Shown: in pieces, positions 16,048 to 23,748 of the stretch
How the letters are laid out: the number at the start of each line of letters is the position of its first letter
Position numbering within the stretch: the first letter of the stretch is position 1
Source: a virus
Lineage: Duplodnaviria > Caudoviricetes
DNA: 42,000 nt
Reading direction: 5' to 3' (one strand)
IMG/VR virus record: IMGVR_UViG_3300019124_000014
Span: 1 to 42,000 of that record
The notes under the pieces: generated by a model
Told to the model about the DNA's origin: nothing
Seen by the model: the letters and a program-made list of their open reading frames with translations, nothing else
Database searches by the model: none
Position numbers and translations under genes: made by a program

Positions 16048-16890
16048 GTGGCGGAACGCAGGATGTTGAGCAAGATCATAAGCGTATCTGAAAGGGTCAA
16101 CCAATTGCCCGACATTTTCCACATGTTGCTTTTTACCTGGATGATCCCGCACTCTGACGATTTCGGGAGGCTGCCGGGATCGCCCATGAAAATCAAGGCG
16201 CTTGTCGTTCCGATGTTGGACAAGAGTGCCGGTGATGTGGCCGCAGCATTGCAAGCCATGCACGATTCGGGGCTTATCGTTTGGTACGAAGTAGACGGCG
16301 AAAAGTATATTCAGATCAACAATTTTGAGGCGCACCAAACCGGTTTGCACAAGCGCACAAGATCAAAATTCCCACCCGTTCCGGGAACTTCCGGGAATTT
16401 CTCGGAAATTCCCTCTGAACAGAATAGAACTGAACTGAACAGAACAGAAAGGAAGGGAACAGAAGATGAACAGAAGGGAGAGGGTCAGCAGCATCAACAA
16501 GAAAATCCTTTCGACTTCTACGAAAACAACATTGGCCGGTTGTCTCCCAAAATCCGAGAAGAGATCAACCGATGGATGGATGATTTCCCTACGGACGTGA
16601 TTGTGGAGGCAATGAACCAAGCGATTGTCAACAACAAGGCATCGTGGGGATATGCAAACAGTTGCCTGACGACATGGTTCAACAAAGGGGCGAAAACGCT
16701 GGCGGACGTGAAAGTCTTGCAAGTAGAGTTTGAGCGCAACAAAGGGGGTAAATCACATGCTGGGGATGGACGAGGTTCTAAAGCGACTGCAAGAGAAGGC
16801 GGAGCAAGCCCGTTCGACAACTTCCAAGCAACAACCAAGCGATTCCTTAACTACGAGCCAGAAGAGGGAGAGGACGACGACCTGTTCTAA
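16048..16890 (+). CDS. Phage replication initiator with C-terminal DnaD domain
   Basis: N-terminal MAERRM...HSDDFGR winged helix; FDFYENNIG...EAMNQA...WGYANSCLTTW DnaD motif. Confidence 0.88.
   Translation: MAERRMLSKIISVSERVNQLPDIFHMLLFTWMIPHSDDFGRLPGSPMKIKALVVPMLDKSAGDVAAALQAMHDSGLIVWYEVDGEKYIQINNFEAHQTGLHKRTRSKFPPVPGTSGNFSEIPSEQNRTELNRTERKGTEDEQKGEGQQHQQENPFDFYENNIGRLSPKIREEINRWMDDFPTDVIVEAMNQAIVNNKASWGYANSCLTTWFNKGAKTLADVKVLQVEFERNKGGKSHAGDGRGSKATAREGGASPFDNFQATTKRFLNYEPEEGEDDDLF
16379..16450 (+). repeat. Probable replication origin: 10-bp iterons plus 5-bp (A/T)GAA(C/T) repeats inside the initiator gene
   Basis: TTCCGGGAAC TTCCGGGAAT TTCTCGGAAA followed by TGAAC AGAAT AGAAC TGAAC TGAAC AGAAC AGAA in the inter-domain linker. 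Confidence 0.7.
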
Positions 16891-17584
16891 ATGCAACGAC
16901 CAAGAGGGGTTTTTGTTCCGGGATGAGGAAGGCGTGGAGCGGTGGAGGTTCTGCGAGTGCTACTGGCAAAAGCGCGTGCTGGCGACCAGTAAAATCACCG
17001 ACGAGTTTAAAGAGAAGGGGTTCAAGAATTTTGTCTTGGATGGACGGCCCGAAATCGTGCGCGTCATGTATGGAACCGCCATGCGCTATGTGAAAGAGTT
17101 TGAGGCGATCCGCAACGAGCGACGAAATTCCATTGCGCTATTGGGCAATCCGGGCGTCGGCAAAACGCATTTGCTCATGGCCGCCAGCAACAATCTCATG
17201 TCGAAAGGCGTTCCCGTTACATACTTCCCATGGGTGGAAACATGGAACGAGATCAAGGACGATTTTGACCTACTACATCAACGGGTGAACATGCTGAAAG
17301 GTTGCGAATTGCTGTTCATCGACGACCTTTTCAAAGGTCGCCCGCAAGATGAATATGGGCGGGGTGGACCGACGGCGTTTCAGTTGGAACAACTTTTTGT
17401 CATCGTGAACTATCGCTACATGGAGCGCAAGCCAATCATGTTGTCGTCTGAAATGACTTTCAAGCAAATTCTAAAAATCGACCATGGCATTGGTTCCCGC
17501 CTGTTTGAAATGTGCAAAGGGTTCACCGTCGAATCTGAGGGCGGCGATCCGTTCAAGATGAATTATCGGTTGATCGAGGAATGA
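16757..17584 (+). CDS. DnaC/IstB-like AAA+ helicase loader
   Basis: CSKC/CEC Zn motif; Walker A GNPGVGKT; Walker B LLFIDDL; VNYRY and IGSRLFEM. Confidence 0.92.
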   Translation: MLGMDEVLKRLQEKAEQARSTTSKQQPSDSLTTSQKRERTTTCSKCNDQEGFLFRDEEGVERWRFCECYWQKRVLATSKITDEFKEKGFKNFVLDGRPEIVRVMYGTAMRYVKEFEAIRNERRNSIALLGNPGVGKTHLLMAASNNLMSKGVPVTYFPWVETWNEIKDDFDLLHQRVNMLKGCELLFIDDLFKGRPQDEYGRGGPTAFQLEQLFVIVNYRYMERKPIMLSSEMTFKQILKIDHGIGSRLFEMCKGFTVESEGGDPFKMNYRLIEE

Positions 17585-17877
17585 GCAGGAAAGTCTACAC
17601 CGCTGGGGAGTGTTTCAACTACGAATGGACCGAGGCGCAGGTATTGGAGTTTATCGACTTGTGGGACCAAGGTGTGCGGCGTGCGCCTGAGTTGGCGGAA
17701 CACTTTGACCGGCACGAATGCGAAATTGCAATTTTGGTCATGGACATGGCGCAGCGTGGGTTTATCACCAAGGAGGGCCGGACCAAGCGGCGGGACATTT
17801 TTGCGGACGACAATCCGCATGATTTGTGGCGTGAAGAATGGAGCGAGAAAAAACCAGTGGGGAGGCCAAGGAAGTGA
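17581..17877 (+). CDS. HTH-like hypothetical protein
   Basis: WTEAQVLEFIDLWDQG...LAEHFDRHECEIAILVMD pattern common after dnaC in Bacillota phages. Confidence 0.65.
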   Translation: MSRKVYTAGECFNYEWTEAQVLEFIDLWDQGVRRAPELAEHFDRHECEIAILVMDMAQRGFITKEGRTKRRDIFADDNPHDLWREEWSEKKPVGRPRK

Positions 17878-18024
17878 ACAACAAGGCGAATGACGTTGGG
17901 ATGAATCTGCTTGTACTGAAACGGTGTGTGTGTTGCGGCGATATGTTCCAGGAGGAATTTGAACACCAACTGTTTTGTGGCGATTATTGCCGGGAACAAG
18001 TTTTCGGCGTGGGGGTGGCGGACG

Positions 18025-18159
18025 ATGGTTGCAGAGCGCATTGACAAGCTGGGCGCGTACTTTGTGTACCACAACGTCCGGGAGCGGTACGGGATCACGT
18101 TTGAGCGGTTCGTGCAATTGGTTGATTCCGGGTTGTGGCAACACTACATCGAACATTGA
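18025..18159 (+). CDS. Small conserved phage protein
   Basis: RIDKLGAYFVYHNVRERYGITFERFVQLV; GGGGGTGG RBS. Confidence 0.6.
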   Translation: MVAERIDKLGAYFVYHNVRERYGITFERFVQLVDSGLWQHYIEH

Positions 18160-18170
18160 GGGGGATAAAC

Positions 18171-18380
18171 ATGGCGAGTGATTATGCGGTGGTAAAGGCA
18201 GAACCGGATTCCAAGGTGATAAACGTGGCGGTCGTTAACGGTCGCTTGGCTCTGATTATGCCGAAGGATAGCGCTATCCAGCGTTTGGTCAAGAAGGATT
18301 CAAAGCAAGCGCAGCAGGCGTTGGAGATTTGCTTGGAGTTGTTGGAGCGTTCGAGCGAGGATTTTTTGAGGGAGGGGTAA
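18171..18380 (+). CDS. Hypothetical protein
   Basis: GAGGGGG RBS; operon continuity. Confidence 0.6.
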   Translation: MASDYAVVKAEPDSKVINVAVVNGRLALIMPKDSAIQRLVKKDSKQAQQALEICLELLERSSEDFLREG

Positions 18381-18385
18381 GCGTA

Positions 18386-18898
18386 ATGGACAAGCAGGCG
18401 GCGTTGGATTTGATAAACACGTTGGAGATCGTTGATTACGATGCAGATGGCGAGGGTCTATATTACGCCAATGTCGAAGTGGACAACAAGGCGCGCGACG
18501 TTTTGCGGAAGCTGGGCAAAACGGACGAATGGATCGACCTGCACACAGACGCGGATGGGCTGCTGGATTTAACGCATTTCGTGTGGGAATACGCCCGTTG
18601 GTTCGATGGGGAGAAGTTTTTAACCTATGAGCCGGGCGATCATCCGGCGCACTATCTAAAAACATGGCCGGAATATTTCGAGGCGGTTCAAAGCGGGCGA
18701 AAAACTTTTGAAATCCGCCGCAATGACCGCGATTACCAAGTGGGCGACACGTTGGTATTGGTGGAGTGGTGTCCGATCAAAAAAGCGTACACCGGGCAGA
18801 CCATCGAGAAAACGATCACCTATATCACAAACTTTGCCCAGGTTGAGGATTATGTGGTTATGGGGATTGCAGACCTGGCAAGAAAGGGGAAGAGCTGA
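18386..18898 (+). CDS. Two-domain protein with C-terminal ASCH/DUF3850 domain
   Basis: HYLKTWPEYFEAVQSGRKTFEIRRNDRDYQVGDTLVLVEW motif. Confidence 0.85.
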   Translation: MDKQAALDLINTLEIVDYDADGEGLYYANVEVDNKARDVLRKLGKTDEWIDLHTDADGLLDLTHFVWEYARWFDGEKFLTYEPGDHPAHYLKTWPEYFEAVQSGRKTFEIRRNDRDYQVGDTLVLVEWCPIKKAYTGQTIEKTITYITNFAQVEDYVVMGIADLARKGKS

Positions 18899-19209
18899 TG
18901 GACGAGCGGCAACTCATTGATGCGCTGGCGCAGGTGATGGGGTGGGAAGTGGATCGAAACGGATTTTTTGATGGCGAATATGTTAGGCCGAACTGGAACC
19001 CACTCCAAAACATAGCCGATGCGTGGATGTTGGTGGAGAAATTGACCGAGCGGGCGGATTTCGCGCTCGAAAAAGATTGTGATTCGAGCGGCTGGATATG
19101 TGAGGTTACTCTTGCGCTTAACTATGTGCGTGTAGGAAAAGGCGAAACTGCACAAGAAGCAATCTGCAACGCGGTCTATGCGTTGTGGGAAAGTGGGGGC
19201 GAAGCGTGA
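18898..19209 (+). CDS. Phage ABA-sandwich-like protein (paralog 2)
   Basis: LAQVMGW...WNPLQNIADAWMLVEK...ETAQEAICNA. Confidence 0.78.
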   Translation: MDERQLIDALAQVMGWEVDRNGFFDGEYVRPNWNPLQNIADAWMLVEKLTERADFALEKDCDSSGWICEVTLALNYVRVGKGETAQEAICNAVYALWESGGEA

Positions 19210-19496
19210 TGGAAAACAAATTGGTTTTATGGGCTGGAAGCGCACAGGAAAGGGATTCGCTTGCTCAAAGCATTAAGCAACACCTGGATAATGCGTATGC
19301 AATCAAGGAGAGAGAATTGACGACAACAGACGATGGATTCAGCTTCCTGTTTGACGATGAAACGCATAGCACCATTGAAATTTCTTTCGGTCAACACTTT
19401 GGGGAATTGATCGTCACTATATCCGGGTGTTGCTCATGGGACGTGGTGCGGTTGTACAACGAGATTTTGTGCATGTTGCCTGATTGGGAAAAATAA
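19209..19496 (+). CDS. Hypothetical protein
   Basis: Translationally coupled start (TGATG). Confidence 0.6.
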   Translation: MENKLVLWAGSAQERDSLAQSIKQHLDNAYAIKERELTTTDDGFSFLFDDETHSTIEISFGQHFGELIVTISGCCSWDVVRLYNEILCMLPDWEK

Positions 19497-19681
19497 AGAC
19501 TTTGACCACACGACAAAATACGCGCGCAGGTGACGTGTAGGAATGGCCGCCAGACGAACGGAAACGGGGCAAATTCGCACGAAAATGACAAAGGGGTATT
19601 CTGTATAGGGTCTGGGCAAAAATCGTCAAATTCGGGCGTATATTCGGGCATTTAGACAATCATCTAATTGGAGGGGTAAAC

Positions 19682-20092
19682 ATGATTTGCAAAACGAGAC
19701 ACCAGCATTTGACGGCGACCAGTGTAGCGGGAATTTTTCAATGCAAGGATTGCGGGTGGGTAACGGATTATGCGCGGTTTGTGGCGGACCGCGACGGGGA
19801 TGCGCCCGAAAGCATTCTGCACGCCACAAAACACGACGACGGACAAGCGGTGCTTACATACACCGTAGAACGCATTCGTGAATTGGAGAAGCAGTTGGAG
19901 CGGGCCACGCTGGATCACATCGAATTGAGCAACGAATACCGCCTGCTGGAAGAGAAATTCCGGGAATTGCAGGGAAAATCCGCATCCGTCCAGGTGGTCA
20001 TAAACGTGCAGGGGGATGCACCTACCGGCTGGCTGCAAAAAGTGTTTGCGGTGTTGGACAAGAAAATAGCGGAAGCGGTTCAGAGCAAATGA
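19682..20092 (+). CDS. Zinc-finger plus coiled-coil hypothetical protein
   Basis: C..H and CKDC; heptads RIRELEKQLE; GGAGGGG RBS. Confidence 0.65.
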   Translation: MICKTRHQHLTATSVAGIFQCKDCGWVTDYARFVADRDGDAPESILHATKHDDGQAVLTYTVERIRELEKQLERATLDHIELSNEYRLLEEKFRELQGKSASVQVVINVQGDAPTGWLQKVFAVLDKKIAEAVQSK

Positions 20093-20204
20093 CCGACGAT
20101 ATAAAGCAGATCGTGCGGCTGATTCGCCGGGTGTTCGATAAGCTGGAACGTACCCGGCGAGTGACGTACCGCAAAGCCAGGAGCAAGCGGAGGGGGCGGC
20201 GCTG

Positions 20205-20420
20205 ATGGCACGCAAGCCAGCGAAAAAAGCGGAGGACAAGCCGTTGACGCCACTCAACGAACAGGTGGGCCGGTGCGCGAATTGCGCCGGTTCCCGGTTC
20301 AAACATGCGATTGAAAAGCGGTTGCTGCTGCGCGGTTGCCAAGACTGCGGGGAAGTGTACGACATAGACAACGAGCGAGTGGTAAGACAAGGCGATCCGG
20401 CGAAGAAATGGGAGGGGTAA
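20205..20420 (+). CDS. Zinc-ribbon protein
   Basis: CANC and CQDC pairs; GGAGGGGG RBS. Confidence 0.65.
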   Translation: MARKPAKKAEDKPLTPLNEQVGRCANCAGSRFKHAIEKRLLLRGCQDCGEVYDIDNERVVRQGDPAKKWEG

Positions 20421-20423
20421 GAC

Positions 20424-20624
20424 ATGGCGGCAAGAATCGTTTTGAAGTGCGGGAAAGAGATACTGAATACGCGGGTGAAATCGGAAGATTTGGCAAAGCA
20501 AGCTGTCAACAAATGTTCGGATTTGTGGTTGGTGTTTGCTGACGATGAAAAGGGAACCAATGCCACGGTTATTCGTTGGTCGGAAATAGCCGCAATTATT
20601 CATGTGTCGGAACAGGAGGGGTAA
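20424..20624 (+). CDS. Hypothetical protein
   Basis: GGAGGGG RBS. Confidence 0.6.
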   Translation: MAARIVLKCGKEILNTRVKSEDLAKQAVNKCSDLWLVFADDEKGTNATVIRWSEIAAIIHVSEQEG

Positions 20625-20627
20625 GGC

Positions 20628-20924
20628 GTGGATCAAATGGCGTTGTTTAATGCTGACCAATTTGTTGACACCAACAAAAAGCCAGAGAACGGAACGTGCG
20701 CGGAATGCCAGCACATCATTGCGATTAAATTCGACCGGAAGATTCTGCTTTTCTGCCAGGCGCAGAAGGGCGGTCGATACGGCAAGAAAATCAAGAAATA
20801 CCAGGCGGCTTGCGGCATGAAGAAAGAGGCCGACACGCCGTTTATCGAAGTGTACGGCGGGTACTACGGCGAGAAGTGCAAACCGGCAAACAGGGGCCGC
20901 AACGAGAGGAAGGATGCGGAATGA
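20628..20924 (+). CDS. Cys-rich hypothetical protein
   Basis: CAEC...C...AC; GTG start with GGAGGGG RBS. Confidence 0.6.
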   Translation: MDQMALFNADQFVDTNKKPENGTCAECQHIIAIKFDRKILLFCQAQKGGRYGKKIKKYQAACGMKKEADTPFIEVYGGYYGEKCKPANRGRNERKDAE

Positions 20925-21226
20925 CCATGATTTGCCCGGTTCCGCAATGTGGCGGGGATATGTACGAAACATCACCAAACATGCACGTTTGCACAAAATG
21001 CGGTTCCAGACTGCGGCAATTTTCGATAGACGACAGGGCGCGAAGCAAGCTAATTGCGGCGCGTGCGCGTGCGGGGTTTTCGTCGGTGACGGAAGCGGCC
21101 AAGGCGGTCGGCTATCATCCGGTATATCTGAAAGCATTGGAGCGTGGCGCGTATCCGTTGTCTAGGAAAGCGGCGTCGCGGCTGGCGTCACATTATCGGT
21201 GCGAGGCGGTGGATTTGCTTGATTAA
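20921..21226 (+). CDS. Zinc ribbon fused to Xre HTH
   Basis: CPVPQC/CTKC, then ARARAGFSSVTEAAKAVGYHPVYLKALERG. Confidence 0.75.
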   Translation: MTMICPVPQCGGDMYETSPNMHVCTKCGSRLRQFSIDDRARSKLIAARARAGFSSVTEAAKAVGYHPVYLKALERGAYPLSRKAASRLASHYRCEAVDLLD

Positions 21227-21336
21227 GGCGGCGAAAAAGGCGTTGGTGGAGGCATTGACCTGGTTGGGGCTGCTCATAGTCGTGCCGGTCGTCCTGTTTG
21301 CAGAGGCACTTAATTGGTTCATGGAGTGGTTGGACA

Positions 21337-21756
21337 ATGACTGAGGGCCGGGTGCAGCGATTCCGTTTTGACATTGAGCCAATGGGGGCGGTGCGGACAA
21401 CGCGGCGGCAACTGCATGTGGACAAGGCCGCGATCCGTTACCGCGATTGGAAAGAGTACTGCCGCGCTGTCCTGGTGTGGGAATATCGCATGACAGGAGA
21501 GCCGACGCGGGCAGCTATCGGCATCCCGCGCATCGTGTTCCATATGCCGTTGACGAAAAACGCGACAAAGAATGGCAAAAGGCCCGGTGACTTTCATACA
21601 TACACGCCGGACACCGACAACTTGATAAAGGCGATTTTTGACGTGTTCAACGGGATTTTCTGGCACGACGATTGCCAGGTGTGCCACATTGGGGAAGTGC
21701 AGAAGATTTACGGCGACGAGCCGGGTATCGAAATCGACGTGGTGGAGTTGTTCTGA
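21337..21756 (+). CDS. rusA: RusA-family Holliday junction resolvase
   Basis: EPMGAVRT, PDTDNLIKAIFD and WHDDCQV...KIY motifs. Confidence 0.9.
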   Translation: MTEGRVQRFRFDIEPMGAVRTTRRQLHVDKAAIRYRDWKEYCRAVLVWEYRMTGEPTRAAIGIPRIVFHMPLTKNATKNGKRPGDFHTYTPDTDNLIKAIFDVFNGIFWHDDCQVCHIGEVQKIYGDEPGIEIDVVELF

Positions 21757-21769
21757 GGGGGCGGATCGT

Positions 21770-22090
21770 GTGAAAGCAGGGGATTGGGTGCGTTATAACG
21801 ACAAGTGCAATCCTGAGATTTGCGGATTTGTTGTAGAGGTTGCGGGATCGGTCATGGTTCTTTTTATCACGAAATCACCGGATGATCCCGATTTGGTGGG
21901 GAAAAGGAGGGTTGTTGATGCGGCATATGCGACAGTCGAAAATGCCGAATTGACAACCGGCGACGTGAGCGCGTTGATCGACCTGGCGTTGCAGACGAAT
22001 GACCGCCAATGGTTTGAGGAATTGACGCAGCGAACGAAAGCGCTGGGCAGCGTGAAAAAACATAAAACGGCGGCGGATCGGCGGCCATGA
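21770..22090 (+). CDS. IDEAL-domain protein
   Basis: ALIDLALQTNDRQWFEELT. Confidence 0.85.
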   Translation: MKAGDWVRYNDKCNPEICGFVVEVAGSVMVLFITKSPDDPDLVGKRRVVDAAYATVENAELTTGDVSALIDLALQTNDRQWFEELTQRTKALGSVKKHKTAADRRP

Positions 22091-22197
22091 GCCGGGACGA
22101 TTACATGGTGCTGCTGCTGGTTGCGTGGGTGTTGTCCGTCGGTATGTTTTTGTGGGGCATCATATTCGCAAATTTCGTAAGAATGGGGGTAGTCTGA
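22087..22197 (+). CDS. 36-aa single-TM membrane peptide
   Basis: MSRDDYMVLLLVAWVLSVGMFLWGIIFANFVRMGVV; ATGA overlap with the previous gene. Confidence 0.55.
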   Translation: MSRDDYMVLLLVAWVLSVGMFLWGIIFANFVRMGVV

Positions 22198-22198
22198 C

Positions 22199-22336
22199 AT
22201 GGAGAAGATCGGTTTTTGCAAACGCTGCAACCGCGCGTTGAAAACAGCCAAGAGCATCGAGAAAGGGGCGGGTCCTGCCTGCCTCAAAAAACTGGAAGCT
22301 GAGAAAGTTGTGGACGAGCCTGTGGATAAGGCGTAG
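22199..22336 (+). CDS. DUF6011-like small zinc-binding protein
   Basis: CKRCNRALKTAKSIEKGAGPAC; GGGGGT RBS; not in the ORF track. Confidence 0.8.
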   Translation: MEKIGFCKRCNRALKTAKSIEKGAGPACLKKLEAEKVVDEPVDKA

Positions 22337-22345
22337 AATGAAATC

Positions 22346-22585
22346 AACATAGCGCAACGCCCGGCTACACACCGGCGTTTGCTTATGATCGTTCATCAAG
22401 GCGCAGACCTTGGCGAATACTCGCAGGCGTGTTGCGTGGGGTTCGGGGCTATCCCGGACGTGCAATACGTCCGAGCGTACCCGGCAGCGCTCTCTCAAGT
22501 TTGTCGGGGGTTCCGGCCATACCGGATGCCTTGGTTAGGGCATGAAAATGCGTCCTTCTCCACCTAGGAGGGGCGTATTTTTATT
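22346..22585 (+). ncRNA. Candidate multi-hairpin structured RNA of about 240 nt
   Basis: TGGACG (22311)-17-TAGAAT (22334) promoter; about eight consecutive hairpins; strong terminator at 22548-22586; no convincing RBS-led ORF. Confidence 0.6.
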
Positions 22586-22627
22586 TGATCCGGTGGGACA
22601 CTACCGTAAAAAGCGAGGGTGATTTCC

Positions 22628-22723
22628 ATGCTCGGATCAACCGGCTTGTGGTTGGGCGCGTCGCTGCTGCTGATTGTCGGCCTGACTTCCCTGTACTTGG
22701 TCAATCGGAAAAACAGAGGATAA
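22628..22723 (+). CDS. 31-aa single-TM peptide with basic C-terminus, MLGSTGLWLGASLLLIVGLTSLYLVNRKNRG
   Basis: GAGGGTGA RBS; own terminator (22727-22751); sigF/sigG-like GTATT-17-GACACTA upstream. Confidence 0.7.
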   Translation: MLGSTGLWLGASLLLIVGLTSLYLVNRKNRG

Positions 22724-22760
22724 ACACCGCCTTAACCGGCGGAATTTTTTTCAAGATAAT

Positions 22761-22791
22761 TGTTGACGATGTACACAAAATTGGATATGAT
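22761..22791 (+). promoter_or_regulatory. SigA promoter carrying the shared TGTTGACRATGTACACA motif (copy 3)
   Basis: TTGACG (22763)-17-TATGAT (22786). Confidence 0.8.
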
Positions 22792-22835
22792 AATGACAGA
22801 GGGGTAAACAAAAAACACGAAAGAGGCGATTGGAA

Positions 22836-23165
22836 ATGGTAAAAAACGGAGTTCTGAAAAAGGCGGAAGTAGCAGAGGTTGTAAAATGGGTCGAGAAACA
22901 GATCCGATACACGGAAAACGCGCTTGTCGAGGTGCAAGTAGTCGAAAACTTGTTAGAAGAAGATTGCGACCATTACGCGCAAGTTCGGATCGAAAATGGC
23001 GACGCAGTAGAATTTAACGAATTTACCGATGCTGGTCTAAGTCTCCACAAAGCAACGGTGGCCGCTACACAAGTGCTGGAAGCGCTGCAAAGCGCACTCC
23101 GCTGGCAGATTGAGGACGGAGAAGTGACGTTGATTAGCGAAGTGCGGTATCAAACATACTGCTAA
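22836..23165 (+). CDS. Acidic hypothetical protein
   Basis: AGAGG RBS; first gene after promoter copy 3. Confidence 0.6.
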   Translation: MVKNGVLKKAEVAEVVKWVEKQIRYTENALVEVQVVENLLEEDCDHYAQVRIENGDAVEFNEFTDAGLSLHKATVAATQVLEALQSALRWQIEDGEVTLISEVRYQTYC

Positions 23166-23217
23166 AAAAATAAAAACGGCCCGGTTCACCGGGCCTCCCA
23201 TACAGGAGGGGTAAAGG

Positions 23218-23433
23218 ATGAGCAAGCAAATAAAAATCACCAACAACAAGCCGAACAGAAACCGAAAGGCAGGCGCAACCTTTTTCCTTTGGTTCATTGG
23301 CGAGAACGAACCTGCGTTATTTGAAAGGTTGGTTAGGGTTTACGCGAAGATCGAGGGGGCGGAGTATCCCGGCGTAAATAATCCAGTTACCTATGGGAAA
23401 TACACATTCGAGATCATCGAAGGGGAGGGGTAA
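23218..23433 (+). CDS. Hypothetical protein
   Basis: AGGAGGGG RBS. Confidence 0.6.
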   Translation: MSKQIKITNNKPNRNRKAGATFFLWFIGENEPALFERLVRVYAKIEGAEYPGVNNPVTYGKYTFEIIEGEG

Positions 23434-23577
23434 ACGATGGCGGCATTGGCAACCGAGAAGCAAAAGTTGTATTTCGAGCAGTTGGCGAAGCGTTGGGAAA
23501 AAACACACGGCCCGGCGCACTTAATGGGCCGCCGTCAATCTGAACGACAAACAGGCGGGATGATCCAATCGTGCCGC

Positions 23578-23715
23578 AGGTTCCGAAAACGGTCATTTTC
23601 GGGAAGTTGCCGGCGCGCGTCGGGGAAGCGGTGTTCCTCGGTCGTTTTTCGGTTCCAAAAACCGTTCCGAAATCAATGTCCCGTTATTGTTTCGCAAACC
23701 CGTTTGTGGTACTTT
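23578..23715. promoter_or_regulatory. Putative res site of the serine resolvase
   Basis: Imperfect palindrome TTCCGAAAAcggtcaTTTTCGGGAA followed by related half-sites (GTTCCAAAAACC, GTTCCGAAA, TTTCGCAAACC) upstream of the resolvase. Confidence 0.6.
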
Positions 23716-23748
23716 TTGTGTGTCAATTCACAACAGGGGTGAGCATGT

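Noticed and set aside
15994-16450. CRISPR array
   Set aside because: Repeats are contiguous 5-10-bp units without spacers; no cas genes in the window
22346-22585. tRNA, tmRNA or SRP RNA
   Set aside because: No cloverleaf with a T-loop GTTCRA, no tag reading frame and no SRP domain IV motif recognised
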